This document shows positions 31,253 to 41,453 of a stretch of DNA of 64,000 nucleotides, piece by piece. Both the position numbers and the translations under genes were made by a program. The stretch lies in contig JAEZKQ010000031.1 in the NCBI GenBank assembly GCA_023436115.1, positions 164,740-228,739 of the forward strand, read 5' to 3'. Source of the stretch: Bacillota bacterium (lineage in GTDB: Bacteria; Bacillota; Clostridia; Christensenellales; SZUA-584). Numbering within the stretch: the stretch's first letter is position 1; the number at the start of each line of letters is the position of its first letter. The notes beneath the pieces were generated by a model. The model was not told where the DNA came from. It did no database searches and worked only from the letters and a program-made list of their open reading frames with translations.

Positions 31253-31417
31253 TCAGATGATATTGTCCTCTGCTGAAATTACATAGGACATTGTGAGAGG
31301 CGATGCTGCAGGCAGTATGTCAGGGGTTGGTCTTCTTAAAAAAAAGATAGCCCCAACGGCAGCGCCCGCAATGATGACAAAGATCACCAGCAGGATAACC
31401 ACGTTCTTTTTTGCCAT
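31253..31417 (-). CDS. Small single-pass membrane protein (54 aa), absent from the ORF track
   Basis: My own translation: MAKKNVVILLVIFVIIAGAAVGAIFFLRRPTPDILPAASPLTMSYVISAEDNII. AAGGAG lies 7 nt upstream. The positive-inside KK..RR residues flank one TM segment. Confidence 0.4.
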   Translation of the reverse strand: MAKKNVVILLVIFVIIAGAAVGAIFFLRRPTPDILPAASPLTMSYVISAEDNII

Positions 31418-31437
31418 AACCGACTCCTTATATTACC

Positions 31438-31476
31438 AAAAAAATAGTATTGCGACGTTATTATATCACAATACTA
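31438..31476 (-). terminator. Terminator-like hairpin after fhs
   Basis: Minus strand: TAGTATTG-16 nt-CAATACTA followed by T7. Confidence 0.5.
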
Positions 31477-31552
31477 AGAATTCAAGCTAAATAATCTTAT
31501 TGTTCATAAAGAATATAAATTATTTTTTTCTCACCATGAAGACTTGCCTGGA

Positions 31553-33226
31553 TTACGACAACCCGTTAATACGGCCTTCATCGTTAATGGTGATTTGTTC
31601 GGCCGCCGGGCTTTTTGGCAGCCCCGGCATTGTCATCATATCGCCCGCCAATACAACTATAAAGCCCGCACCTGCGGAAACTTTGATATTACGCACTGTA
31701 AATATAAACCCGCCGGGCCGCCCTGTCAGCTTGGGATCATGAGAAAGCGAATACTGCGTTTTCGCGATGCATATGGGCAGCTGTGCATAGCCGTTCTTTG
31801 TAAGCGCCTCAATCGATTTAAACACACCCGCGGAGTAATGCACCTCGCTCGCACCGTATATTGTCTTGGCCAGCTTTTCTATTTTTGTGGGAATATCGTC
31901 ACAAAGCTCATACGGATGAGTCGGCTTACTTTTTTGTGCAATACGCACCACCTCTTCGGCCAGCGCAATACCGCCATCACCGCCTTTTTCCCAAACCTGC
32001 GTGGTCACCGCATTCACGCCTTTGGCCTTACAGAGCTCCTGAACCAGAGCGATTTCCTGCGGCGTATCCGTCACAAACTGATTGATCGCCACAGCCACGG
32101 GTAATCCATAGAAATCTTTTAAATTCTCAATATGCTTATCAAGATTTTGCATACCGCGTATGAGCGCGGCTTCATCAGGCTGCCCCAGTTCTTCTTTTGT
32201 TTTTCCGCCATGCGATTTGAGCGCGCGGATGGTTGCCACGATCACAACGGCATCCGGCCAAAGCCCAGTCTGACGGCATTTGATATCCAAGAACTTTTCC
32301 GCACCCAGATCGGCACCGAAGCCCGCTTCGGTAACCACATAGTCGGCCAGATGCATCGCCATATTGGTAGCGATATAGCTGTTGCAGCCATGAGCGATGT
32401 TCGCAAACGGACCGCCATGCATCAAACACGGCGTGTGTTCCAGCGTCTGGACAAGATTCGGCTTTATTGCATCTTTCAGCAGCACGGCCATCGCGCCGGC
32501 TGCCTTTAAATCCTCTGCCGTAACAGGCTGTTCATCAAATGTATAAGCCACTTTAATACGAGACAAGCGATCCTTCAAATCATGCAGGTCACTCGCAAGA
32601 CAAAGCACCGCCATCACTTCTGACGCGGCTGTGATATCAAAGCTGTCCTCCCGCGGCATACCGTTGGTGCGTCCGCCCAGGCCGCATGTGATAAACCGCA
32701 GCTGGCGGTCGTTAATATCCATGCACCTTTTAATAACAATACGCCGCGGATCGATGCCCAACGCGTTACCGTGCTGTATATGATTATCAACAAGCGCGCA
32801 GAGTAAATTATTCGCCGCTGTTATCGCATGAAGGTCTCCCGTGAAATGCAGATTTATGTCCTCCATGGGAATCACTTGAGCATAGCCGCCCCCGGCCGCA
32901 CCACCCTTTATACCAAAAACAGGCCCTAGCGATGGTTCGCGCAGCGCCAGACACACGCGCTGTCCAGTTTTTTTCAAAGCGTCTGCCAAGCCGATTGACA
33001 CCGTGGTTTTACCTTCGCCTGCCGGAGTGGGGTTAATGGCCGAGACCAGTATCAGTTTGGCATCTCTCTGTCCTTTTATCCGATTAAGTACGGAAAGCGA
33101 GATCTTGGCCTTTTTATTACCAAAAGGGATAAGCTCGTTTTCAAGTATTCCCGCATCCTGTGCGATCTGAGAAATTGGTACCAATTCCGCCTCACGGGCG
33201 ATCTGTAAATCTGTTTTGTACTGCAT
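31553..33226 (-). CDS. fhs: Formate--tetrahydrofolate ligase
   Basis: 557 aa. Motifs [11 protein letters not shown] and GGGYAQV. Confidence 0.95.
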   Translation of the reverse strand: MQYKTDLQIAREAELVPISQIAQDAGILENELIPFGNKKAKISLSVLNRIKGQRDAKLILVSAINPTPAGEGKTTVSIGLADALKKTGQRVCLALREPSLGPVFGIKGGAAGGGYAQVIPMEDINLHFTGDLHAITAANNLLCALVDNHIQHGNALGIDPRRIVIKRCMDINDRQLRFITCGLGGRTNGMPREDSFDITAASEVMAVLCLASDLHDLKDRLSRIKVAYTFDEQPVTAEDLKAAGAMAVLLKDAIKPNLVQTLEHTPCLMHGGPFANIAHGCNSYIATNMAMHLADYVVTEAGFGADLGAEKFLDIKCRQTGLWPDAVVIVATIRALKSHGGKTKEELGQPDEAALIRGMQNLDKHIENLKDFYGLPVAVAINQFVTDTPQEIALVQELCKAKGVNAVTTQVWEKGGDGGIALAEEVVRIAQKSKPTHPYELCDDIPTKIEKLAKTIYGASEVHYSAGVFKSIEALTKNGYAQLPICIAKTQYSLSHDPKLTGRPGGFIFTVRNIKVSAGAGFIVVLAGDMMTMPGLPKSPAAEQITINDEGRINGLS

Positions 33227-33274
33227 ATGCTGTCTCTTTCTTTATGAATTTACCAAATTGTTGTTCCGTGCTTA

Positions 33275-34399
33275 TTACCGACAGTTGTCTTCTTTGCCCT
33301 GCTTATTTTTATACATTAATTCATCGATCTTTGCAAACACATCTTTTGTGGTAAGCCCTCGCGTGTCCGAAAAAATCTTGCAACCGATACTAAAATCAAG
33401 CCTGTAGGGTATCCGATTTTCTTTATTGTACCGTGCCACATTCTCCTTTATTCTGTTAATGACATGTTCCAATGTAGCCGGACTGCACCGATCAAGAATA
33501 ATCATAAACTCGTCGCCGCCATACCGCGCCACAAAGTCTCCCCTTCTCACGCTTCTTTTGAGCAAAATAGAAGCGGATACAATCGCCCTGTCACCCTGCA
33601 CATGACCAAAATTATCGTTGATTACTTTAAAGTTGTCAATATCGAGCATCAATGCTGCAAAACTTGTATTGCTGCTCTCCAGTATGTCCTTAACATAGTT
33701 GTCCAAGTGTTTTCTGTTATAGAGCCCCGTCAGATGGTCAATACTCATCTTCTCATCCAGTGCATAAAGCTGCATCAGAAGGAGCCCGACGGCGACACTT
33801 GGCCACACTATTTGCACGTTTATAAAAAATATTAGTTGCAAAATGCCGAACGCAATGGGCAATATAGGTACAATCAGATAAGGATAGTATTCCCTGCGTT
33901 CAAGATTATGTTTATTCCGCACTGTCAGCATCAATGAATAGATCACATAAATATATGTAGCGGCACTCGTTACATGAAAGTAGGAGCCTCGAAAATAAGT
34001 ATTTGCTTCTGTAAACCCGTACACGACAGGATCCCAAATATTCAGCACCAAAAACACCGTGAGCACCAAAAGCGGTAAATTCAGAACAAAAAAGCCGCGC
34101 GGTTTTATCCGGCGGCCGTGCCTGTTCGTGCAGAAAAATGCCCAGAATAAACAAAATAGCGAGCAAAAGAAAAAAAACAAACCTTGCAGAATCCACAGGG
34201 CGGTATGAACGGCAGGGCCTTTATACTCTGAAATAATCAGTATAAGAGCATCCAAAGCGAGCAGCAGCATGTCGCAGATAACAAGCAGACGGAACAAACG
34301 CGGCCGATTCGTATTTTCTCCTCCATTTTTGACATTGTTGAATAAAACAACGGCCAAAACAAGCAGTGATATGATATTGACATCATACTGCATATACAT
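33275..34399 (-). CDS. Membrane-bound diguanylate cyclase (multi-TM sensor + GGDEF)
   Basis: About 6-7 N-terminal TM segments, then DHLTGLYNRK ... RYGGDEFMI. Confidence 0.85.
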   Translation of the reverse strand: MYMQYDVNIISLLVLAVVLFNNVKNGGENTNRPRLFRLLVICDMLLLALDALILIISEYKGPAVHTALWILQGLFFFFCSLFCLFWAFFCTNRHGRRIKPRGFFVLNLPLLVLTVFLVLNIWDPVVYGFTEANTYFRGSYFHVTSAATYIYVIYSLMLTVRNKHNLERREYYPYLIVPILPIAFGILQLIFFINVQIVWPSVAVGLLLMQLYALDEKMSIDHLTGLYNRKHLDNYVKDILESSNTSFAALMLDIDNFKVINDNFGHVQGDRAIVSASILLKRSVRRGDFVARYGGDEFMIILDRCSPATLEHVINRIKENVARYNKENRIPYRLDFSIGCKIFSDTRGLTTKDVFAKIDELMYKNKQGKEDNCR

Positions 34400-34486
34400 A
34401 AGTTTTTACCTCAATTTTATCAACAATTGTATATATTATATAATTTACTTCGTATTAATACAACCATTGCTTTTGTTGCGGCTCGC

Positions 34487-34515
34487 TTGACACAAATCAA
34501 GACCAAGTATATAAT
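34487..34515 (+). promoter_or_regulatory. Consensus sigma-A promoter of the deoR-dehydrogenase pair
   Basis: TTGACA (34487-34492), 17 nt spacer, TATAAT (34510-34515). Confidence 0.6.
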
Positions 34516-34570
34516 TGCTATTGGTTGGTTTTTGTTGTTCTCTATTGCGATTTTATTTTAAGGACAAATC

Positions 34571-35332
34571 ATGAGTGATCATTTGACGCAGGAAAGACGA
34601 GATTATATAGAAAAAAAGCTGATCGCCGAGGGCAGCGTAAAAGCCGCCGAGATGGCCGATCTTTTTTCCGTCTCGTCAGAAACCATTCGCAAGGATTTTA
34701 TTTATCTTGAGCAAAAAGGCGTGGCCAAAAAAACATACGGCGGTGCTGTCAGCGCCAATACGCCCTTTGAACCCAGCTTTAAGGAGAAGACATCTAAAAA
34801 CTTAGAAGAGAAAAACCGTATCGCTGCAAAAGCTTTGGAACGTATTGAAAACGGTATGTCGCTGATTCTTGATGCCGGCTCGACCGTCTATGCGCTGGCA
34901 CGTGCTCTCGCCATCAAAAAGGACTTGCGCGTGTTCACCAACGGCTTAAGGGCTGCGCAGCTGCTCGATGATTTCGGCATTACCACTTATCTGTTGGGCG
35001 GCATGATACGGCATAACAGCAACTCGCTTGTGGGCGCATGGGCTTTAAGAAGCCTTTCCGAAATTCGTGTGGATCTCGCTATTTTGGGAACCAGCGGTTT
35101 TTACGACAGGCCCGGGCCATGTGTCGAGAATTTCCCCGAAGCTGAGCTTAAGCGAGCCATGATCAACGCGGGTAATCGCGTCATCGTATTGGGTGATGCG
35201 GATAAAGCAACAACACAAGCGGTGATCGAGTTTGCCAAATGGGAAGATATCGACGAGTTTATCACAGACAGCCGTATTGACAGCGTTGTGTTAGATAGAA
35301 TACGCCAGAGCACCGATGTCACCGTGGTATAG
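34571..35332 (+). CDS. DeoR-family transcription regulator
   Basis: N-terminal HTH (VSSETIRKD...LE..G) plus a DeoR C-terminal sugar-phosphate sensor domain. Confidence 0.85.
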   Translation: MSDHLTQERRDYIEKKLIAEGSVKAAEMADLFSVSSETIRKDFIYLEQKGVAKKTYGGAVSANTPFEPSFKEKTSKNLEEKNRIAAKALERIENGMSLILDAGSTVYALARALAIKKDLRVFTNGLRAAQLLDDFGITTYLLGGMIRHNSNSLVGAWALRSLSEIRVDLAILGTSGFYDRPGPCVENFPEAELKRAMINAGNRVIVLGDADKATTQAVIEFAKWEDIDEFITDSRIDSVVLDRIRQSTDVTVV

Positions 35333-35361
35333 ATTAATTCATGACGATACAGGAGGATTCT

Positions 35362-36618
35362 ATGAAAACAAAAGCAGTCAGAATTTATGGGAAAGAGGAT
35401 CTGAGGCTGGAAACGTTTGAGCTTCCGCCGATTACGGAAGACGAGATATTGGCAAAGGTCGTCTCCGACAGCTTGTGTATGTCTTCTTATAAAGCGGCTG
35501 AGCAAGGCGCGGCGCATAAGCGCATTCCGAATGACGTGGCTCAGAATCCCACGATTATTGGTCATGAATTTTGCGGCGAGATTATTGAAGTCGGAGCAAA
35601 ATGGAAAGACCGTTTCTCGGCAGGGGATAAGTTTTCCATTCAGCCTGCGTTTAATTACAAAGGCAGTTTGGATGCGCCCGGCTACTCTTATAGGTTCATC
35701 GGCGGAGATGCGACCTATGTGGTGATACCGCAGGAAGCCATGACGCAGGATTGCCTTCTAAAATATGATTCCGATGTTTTCTTCTACGGCTCTTTGGCCG
35801 AGCCCATGAGCTGCATTATCGGAACTTTCCATGCGTTTTATCACACACGTCCCGGCGAGTATATCCACGATATGGGCATCAAACAAGGCGGCAATATGGC
35901 AATACTTGCGGGCGTGGGGCCAATGGGCCTTGGCTCTATTGATTACGCGCTTCACTGCGACCGCAGACCATCACTGCTCGTTGTTACAGATATAGACGAT
36001 GCAAGGCTGGCGCGTGCCGCTCGTATTTATACACCAGAGGAAGCGTCGCGCATGGGCGTACGGCTTCATTATGTAAACACCAAAGCACCGGGGAAAATTG
36101 AGGAGATTCTTGCCCTCACAAACGGACATGGCTTTGATGATGTCCTCGTGATGGCCCCTGTCAAACCTGTTATTGAGCAAGGCGATGCGCTGCTTGGGCG
36201 TGACGGCTGCCTCAATTTCTTTGCGGGACCTATCGACTCCAAATTCTCCGCAATGATGAACTTTTATAATGTTCATTATGCATCAACTCATATCGTGGGC
36301 ACATCCGGCGGTAACAACAATGACATGCGGGAATCTCTGGACATGATGGCACGCGGTATAATCAATCCGACTGCGATGATCACGCATGTAGGCGGGCTGG
36401 ATGCCGTTATTGATGCCACGCTTAATCTGCCGAATATTCCGGGCGGTAAAAAGCTTATATACACGCATGTGTCCATGCCATTAACAGCCATTGATGATTT
36501 TGAAAACAGCAGCGACCCCTTTATTAGAAAGCTCGGCGAAATCACCAAAGAACACGGCGGTTTCTGGAGCGGTGAGGCTGAAAAATACCTGCTTGCTCAT
36601 GGCAAGCCGATCGATTAA
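35362..36618 (+). CDS. Zinc-dependent MDR-family dehydrogenase (sorbose-1-phosphate-reductase-like, tentative)
   Basis: CMSSYK and GHEFCGEI zinc site, Rossmann motif AGVGPMGLG. ATG 35362 follows AGGAGG. Confidence 0.7.
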   Translation: MKTKAVRIYGKEDLRLETFELPPITEDEILAKVVSDSLCMSSYKAAEQGAAHKRIPNDVAQNPTIIGHEFCGEIIEVGAKWKDRFSAGDKFSIQPAFNYKGSLDAPGYSYRFIGGDATYVVIPQEAMTQDCLLKYDSDVFFYGSLAEPMSCIIGTFHAFYHTRPGEYIHDMGIKQGGNMAILAGVGPMGLGSIDYALHCDRRPSLLVVTDIDDARLARAARIYTPEEASRMGVRLHYVNTKAPGKIEEILALTNGHGFDDVLVMAPVKPVIEQGDALLGRDGCLNFFAGPIDSKFSAMMNFYNVHYASTHIVGTSGGNNNDMRESLDMMARGIINPTAMITHVGGLDAVIDATLNLPNIPGGKKLIYTHVSMPLTAIDDFENSSDPFIRKLGEITKEHGGFWSGEAEKYLLAHGKPID

Positions 36619-36720
36619 CGAAATGGTATGCAATTGCCGCGCTGTCTGGTATAATAAAACGCATACTGTGCGGCAATCACTGCTGATAGCCGCTTAATAA
36701 TGCCTAATGGGGGAGAGGCT

Positions 36721-37263
36721 ATGAGCAGAATTCCACTGAATACGCCCAATGTGATCACTCTTTTTCGTTTCGCGTTGGTTCCTGTCTCAACGATTTTGAT
36801 CTATTTTGATCTGATGATACCCGCATTAATCACTTATATCGTGGCCTGCGCTACCGATCTGCTGGACGGCTATATTGCACGCAAGCAGCATCTCGTGACC
36901 GAAGCAGGCATTTTACTTGATCCTCTTGCCGACAAACTGATGTCCGTTTTTGCGGTTATCGCTTTTACGGCCACAAGCGTTCTGCCTTGGTTTGTGCTTG
37001 TGATTATTCTTGTCAAAGAAGTGTTAATGATATGCGGCGGTATATATCTTTATTTCAAAGATATTGTGGCCCCTGCCAATACGTTTGGAAAAATTGCCGC
37101 ATTCATATTCAATACATCCGTCGCCGTGACTTTCCTGCATAAATTTGTGGCGCCGTGGCATGTCTACTTTATTTGTGTGGCGCTTGCGTTTATGCTGGCG
37201 GCGCTGGGGCAATATGCTTACTTCAATTTGTATAAGAAACTTAAATTAAAAAGGCAAGAGTAA
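36721..37263 (+). CDS. pgsA: CDP-diacylglycerol--glycerol-3-phosphate 3-phosphatidyltransferase
   Basis: CDP-alcohol transferase motif DLLDGYIARK...G...DPLADK. Confidence 0.85.
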   Translation: MSRIPLNTPNVITLFRFALVPVSTILIYFDLMIPALITYIVACATDLLDGYIARKQHLVTEAGILLDPLADKLMSVFAVIAFTATSVLPWFVLVIILVKEVLMICGGIYLYFKDIVAPANTFGKIAAFIFNTSVAVTFLHKFVAPWHVYFICVALAFMLAALGQYAYFNLYKKLKLKRQE

Positions 37264-37282
37264 TTGATTCTTGCCTTTTTTG
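37251..37282. terminator. Bidirectional terminator overlapping the pgsA stop
   Basis: A5, then GGCAAGA-9 nt-TCTTGCC, then T6. Confidence 0.6.
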
Positions 37283-37346
37283 CTTACATTATATTTTCTT
37301 CCTTTAATGCTTTCCCATCAAGGCATAACGCCTTCCAGTATAAACA

Positions 37347-37670
37347 TTACTTCACGTCACAAGTGTAAAAATCAAAATAATGTCCATCTATCGGCTTAAT
37401 GTATTCCATTAACTTTTCATTAATCTCTATCGAAATTTTCATATTCACAACAAAGAATACACTCGAATCGACTTCAATCGTCTCAGGTTCCATACTATCA
37501 TTGAGCAAAAACGGCTCGGTTCCTTTCGCCCCTGGCTCAAATTTCAGGTTTAATTCCAACTTATAATGATCCCTAAACAAAAGTGAAAATAAATCATAAC
37601 TCTGTCCAAAATTTGAACTAATCCAAAAACAGACAACATAGCTTTTTGCTATGCTGTCTGCTGCAAACAT
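37347..37670 (-). CDS. Hypothetical protein, low-GC orphan
   Basis: 107-aa ORF directly downstream of the 418-aa gene (41-nt gap, GAGG 3 nt from the ATG). No recognisable motif. GC is far below the surrounding sequence. Confidence 0.35.
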   Translation of the reverse strand: MFAADSIAKSYVVCFWISSNFGQSYDLFSLLFRDHYKLELNLKFEPGAKGTEPFLLNDSMEPETIEVDSSVFFVVNMKISIEINEKLMEYIKPIDGHYFDFYTCDVK

Positions 37671-37711
37671 AAACCTCTTTATTGAACTGCTCCGAATTAA
37701 ACCATTTGCTT

Positions 37712-38968
37712 TTACGGTACCAGTGCGTGGAACACCACGTTCGCGCCGCCCAGCGCGGTAATGTCGTACCAGACCACATCCTTGCCGTTTGCGCTTGCCA
37801 GAAAAGACCGCGTGCTCTCAGATGTGAGCCTGCCTGTGCTCTTATCGGCAAAATAGTAAAGATAGATGCCTTCGTCCTTGGTATAAGCCACATAACCGTC
37901 GCCCACAGCGTAATTGACCACACCCTCCGCAATTTGAGTCGGCTGAGAATAAGTATCTCCCTGCTTCGTGCACAACAGCAGGCGGGCTTTCTCATCGCGG
38001 TTGGTGTCGATAAATACGATATTATCTCCGTCTATCATAGGATCGAAAACGGGAACACCCGGGCGGAAAAGTATACGCTGCGCATCTGCGCCCTCTTTTA
38101 GCGGTATCACACAGATTTCTGCCTCTGTCGACGCGGATGAACCCTCGAGCACCTGGCTCTCACCGTAGGGCTGAACATAAACAATCGCGTCATCAGACAT
38201 GTGAGGCGCGCTGACGGAAAACGGTGTATTCACAAATATCTCAATCTCCGCGGTTTCACGTGAGGGCAGATGATATAAATATAACCTGTCCGTGCCTTTG
38301 CCGGTTTGCTGAAGCCACAGCGCATACTCACCAGACAAAGAAACCTTCGGCTTTCCGTATAAATACTCACGCATCACGAATTTTTCGCCCGTCTCGCGGT
38401 CAAATCCGCATACGGCACCGCCGTATGCGGATTTGCAGTCGAGATAGACGATGTATTTGTCGTTCATTTTGGGCTCAAAAAGCGTGGCATAGCTTGCGGT
38501 AATATCCTCAACAACAGTCGTTGTCTTGGCATCCATATCAAAAAGAGCAATTTGTTTAATTTCGGGAGAGACTTCGTCCTTTTTTCCGGTTGAGAACACC
38601 ACCTCGCGCCCAAAAACAAAAGGATCGTTAATCGAGAGGTTTTCAATCGTCAGTTCTTCATCCAGATCAGACATGTCACTTCTGGCCATCGGGGTCGACG
38701 TGGGTACAGGTGTCGCAGAAGCTGTTTCTGTGACCGCCGGACCGGCACTATTTCCGCCAAACAACGGCACAATAACGAATATAATCAAAAGAATAAACCC
38801 AACGACACCAACAGCCAAACCGCCTATTTTAAGCATCGGCCCGATACCGGATACACGAAAACGTGAAACCCGGCGCCGTCCGCGGCCCGGACGCATACGC
38901 ATATTTCTTCTTCTGCGCATCCTTCTGAGCCTGTCCCTGATTCCATTAAACACTTTCATTTCCTCCAA
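37712..38968 (-). CDS. Hypothetical N-terminally anchored protein with an Arg-rich cytoplasmic tail and a beta-propeller-like ectodomain
   Basis: RRMRRRRNMRMRPGRGRRR tail, one TM, a Thr/Pro linker, then repeated strands of the type DKYIVY, GEYALW, DDAIVYV, GDNIVF, DGYVAY, KDVVWY. Confidence 0.55.
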   Translation of the reverse strand: MEEMKVFNGIRDRLRRMRRRRNMRMRPGRGRRRVSRFRVSGIGPMLKIGGLAVGVVGFILLIIFVIVPLFGGNSAGPAVTETASATPVPTSTPMARSDMSDLDEELTIENLSINDPFVFGREVVFSTGKKDEVSPEIKQIALFDMDAKTTTVVEDITASYATLFEPKMNDKYIVYLDCKSAYGGAVCGFDRETGEKFVMREYLYGKPKVSLSGEYALWLQQTGKGTDRLYLYHLPSRETAEIEIFVNTPFSVSAPHMSDDAIVYVQPYGESQVLEGSSASTEAEICVIPLKEGADAQRILFRPGVPVFDPMIDGDNIVFIDTNRDEKARLLLCTKQGDTYSQPTQIAEGVVNYAVGDGYVAYTKDEGIYLYYFADKSTGRLTSESTRSFLASANGKDVVWYDITALGGANVVFHALVP

Positions 38969-39012
38969 GCGGATTTTTTCCGGTGTATACTTATTATAAC
39001 AAATATTATGTA

Positions 39013-39957
39013 TTATTCAACAATAGGCCAAACTTCAAGTTCAATCGCGTTCTCTTTTTCTTCCTTTAAAAATGCCAAGGTCTCACTATTAAAACGTTCA
39101 CTTTTCTCTTCATGCACAAAATGTGCACAATTGCGGATACGAATATGGCTTTTATGCTGCAAAGGTGTGGTATAAAGTCTTGTCGTTTCTTCATCGTGAA
39201 GTTTATCGTCCATACCTGAAAAAACCAGTATCTGATGCGGTATGCCCTTGAGCTGCGAACGTATAAGCGTGTCGTCAAAATGCAGCATGCAGCGCACGAG
39301 TGTTTCTTTTGTTTCCCTGTTGCGCAGCGGCTCAAAATAGCCCCGAACAACTTCGTCGGTGAGCTGTGTGCAATCAAAATAATAGTTACTCAGTACGTTG
39401 CGTACCGTGGCTTCGCTGAATATATACTTAAAAGCAAAGGCGCCCAAACGCGTGGTTAAAAACCTCAACAAAAACGGATAGTTTTCATTAGGACCGCCGG
39501 GTGATATGAGTACAAGCTTGTTAACTCTTTTAGGTTTTGTAGCCGCAAAAGAAAGCGCGGACAAAGCGGCTGTGGAAAAGCCAATGATGTGGGCTTTTTT
39601 AACGCCAAGCGCATCCATCAACGCATTAATGACCAATGCATTTTCTTCAATCGTATAGTAAATATTCAGGTGGCCGCTGTATCCAAAGCCCACCATATCG
39701 GGCGCAATCACACGATAGCCCTCGTTTGCAAAAAAATCGATTGTGTTGCGCCAAGTATAAAGAGATTGGCCGATGCCATGCAAAAGCAGCAACGGCTCTC
39801 CTTCGCCTTTTTCAATATAATGCAGTTTTGTTTCAAAGCGAAGCGTCTCCGGCCCCAATTCTGATTCACTCACAATGTCGAAGGAGATGTTCGCATAAGC
39901 GCCAATATATTCGTTATTTTCAAACGACGGTGCATTTCTGCGCCGATACCTGTTCAT
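39013..39957 (-). CDS. Alpha/beta-fold hydrolase
   Basis: LLLHGIGQS oxyanion region, nucleophile elbow GFSTAA, C-terminal His (NCAHFVHEE). Confidence 0.8.
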   Translation of the reverse strand: MNRYRRRNAPSFENNEYIGAYANISFDIVSESELGPETLRFETKLHYIEKGEGEPLLLLHGIGQSLYTWRNTIDFFANEGYRVIAPDMVGFGYSGHLNIYYTIEENALVINALMDALGVKKAHIIGFSTAALSALSFAATKPKRVNKLVLISPGGPNENYPFLLRFLTTRLGAFAFKYIFSEATVRNVLSNYYFDCTQLTDEVVRGYFEPLRNRETKETLVRCMLHFDDTLIRSQLKGIPHQILVFSGMDDKLHDEETTRLYTTPLQHKSHIRIRNCAHFVHEEKSERFNSETLAFLKEEKENAIELEVWPIVE

Positions 39958-40058
39958 CTGTTTTCCCCCAAATCCCCCATACCTTCATCGATTCATCATA
40001 CTACGACACGTTTGTTAATTCAATAGATAGCATTCATGGTTTCGCAACATCTGTCATA

Positions 40059-41453
40059 TTACTTTAATATGCTTTGCGCAAGCAAGCGCGATCGGCGTAT
40101 GAGCGTTTCCGTGTTGTTCATACCCGGGCTGACCACGCATTCCTTGTAGAGCGCTTCAAGAATTTGTCCAATAACGGGAGAGGGCTTTATATGTAGGTTC
40201 CGTGCAATATCATCGCCCGTTATGCAAAGATCCTTAACACGCCATGGGACATGCTGATCGATCATACGTGTAAGTTCTGTTTGCCAATGATCAGCGGACA
40301 GGATTTTATCCACTCTCTTTCCAGATCCGGCAACATCCGCACGACGCAGCGCTATCAGCATTTCAAAACCTTCTTTACCCATCATAACAGCCCTGCGTCG
40401 TATTATTTTTGGCTTCGCCTTGCCTTCCAGATCAAACATATGCTGGCGAATAAGCGGCAGCACTTTGTTTTTTGTATTGTTGTCTGACTTCAGTGCACTG
40501 AGTTCCTCACGGGCAAGTCTTTCGCCGATGATCTCGTGTCCGTACATATTGCCGCCTTGGCGCAAAGCCTCGGGCTTGCCGATATCATGCAGCAGCCCCG
40601 CCAACCGCAGCTCCCAAATGGCAGGTGCCGCCGAACAGGTGTAAAGACCATGATCCAGCACATCATACGCATGATATTGCGGGGACTGTTTAACGCCGCT
40701 GCCCTTCCATAGCCGTGGCAGTATATATTTTATCGCGCCAGTCTGCCGCAGCAGTTTTAACCCTATGATTGGGCCGGTCTGCGGTAAAGACGGGTATTTG
40801 GTATCCGCCATGATGATTTTTTTGAGTTCCGAGAATTTTCGCTCCGCCGAAATATCACCCAAAACCGCAGCGTGCCGTGCGGCGCTGCTAAGCAACTCAT
40901 CGGAAACACCAAAACCCAGTTCTGATGCAAAACGGGCCATGCGCATGATACGAAGTCCGTCATCCTGAATCGTGATATCTGCTTCATCAGCCGCGGCTTC
41001 CAACCGCTTTTCTTTTATACTGTTGAGGCCCCGGCCTGTGGGGTCAATGATTTCTTCCGTTGCGATATGCATATAAAGCGCATTCATGCTAAAATCGCGG
41101 CGCTGAGCATCTTGCCGGATATCCGTGGTAAACGCGACGCGGTAGGGACGATGCTCCCCGCCCGGCGGATAGTAATCCTTGCGCCAAGTGGTATGTTCAA
41201 ACGCGTGCCATTCACCGCCCATTTTCATTCTGATCTCAATGGTACCTAAAGAAAGCGCTTTCTCGATCACCGTCAGCCCTGCATCTCGGGCAATCTGTGC
41301 CGCTATGTCGGGATGTACGCTTGAACAGATATCAAAATCGCCCCCGGGTATCCCAAGGACGATATTACGGACAAACCCGCCCACAAGATAAAGCTCAACG
41401 CCCTGAGCGGCAAATATATTGGATATAAGCTTTAAGCTTTCCGGCAGCTTCAT
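40059..41453 (-). CDS. cca: CCA-adding tRNA nucleotidyltransferase with HD domain
   Basis: Motifs LVGGFVRN..GDFDI, RRDFSMNA and LLHDIGKP. Confidence 0.85.
   Translation of the reverse strand: MKLPESLKLISNIFAAQGVELYLVGGFVRNIVLGIPGGDFDICSSVHPDIAAQIARDAGLTVIEKALSLGTIEIRMKMGGEWHAFEHTTWRKDYYPPGGEHRPYRVAFTTDIRQDAQRRDFSMNALYMHIATEEIIDPTGRGLNSIKEKRLEAAADEADITIQDDGLRIMRMARFASELGFGVSDELLSSAARHAAVLGDISAERKFSELKKIIMADTKYPSLPQTGPIIGLKLLRQTGAIKYILPRLWKGSGVKQSPQYHAYDVLDHGLYTCSAAPAIWELRLAGLLHDIGKPEALRQGGNMYGHEIIGERLAREELSALKSDNNTKNKVLPLIRQHMFDLEGKAKPKIIRRRAVMMGKEGFEMLIALRRADVAGSGKRVDKILSADHWQTELTRMIDQHVPWRVKDLCITGDDIARNLHIKPSPVIGQILEALYKECVVSPGMNNTETLIRRSRLLAQSILK

Noticed and set aside
31293-31490. 65-aa plus-strand ORF
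   Set aside because: It is antisense to the better-supported 54-codon membrane ORF and runs across a terminator hairpin. It has no SD.
38252-38267. parS-like GGTTTCACGTGAGGG inside the 418-aa gene
   Set aside because: Only one half-site plus the core matches. The right arm (GGG versus AAC) is lost, so this is probably a chance match.
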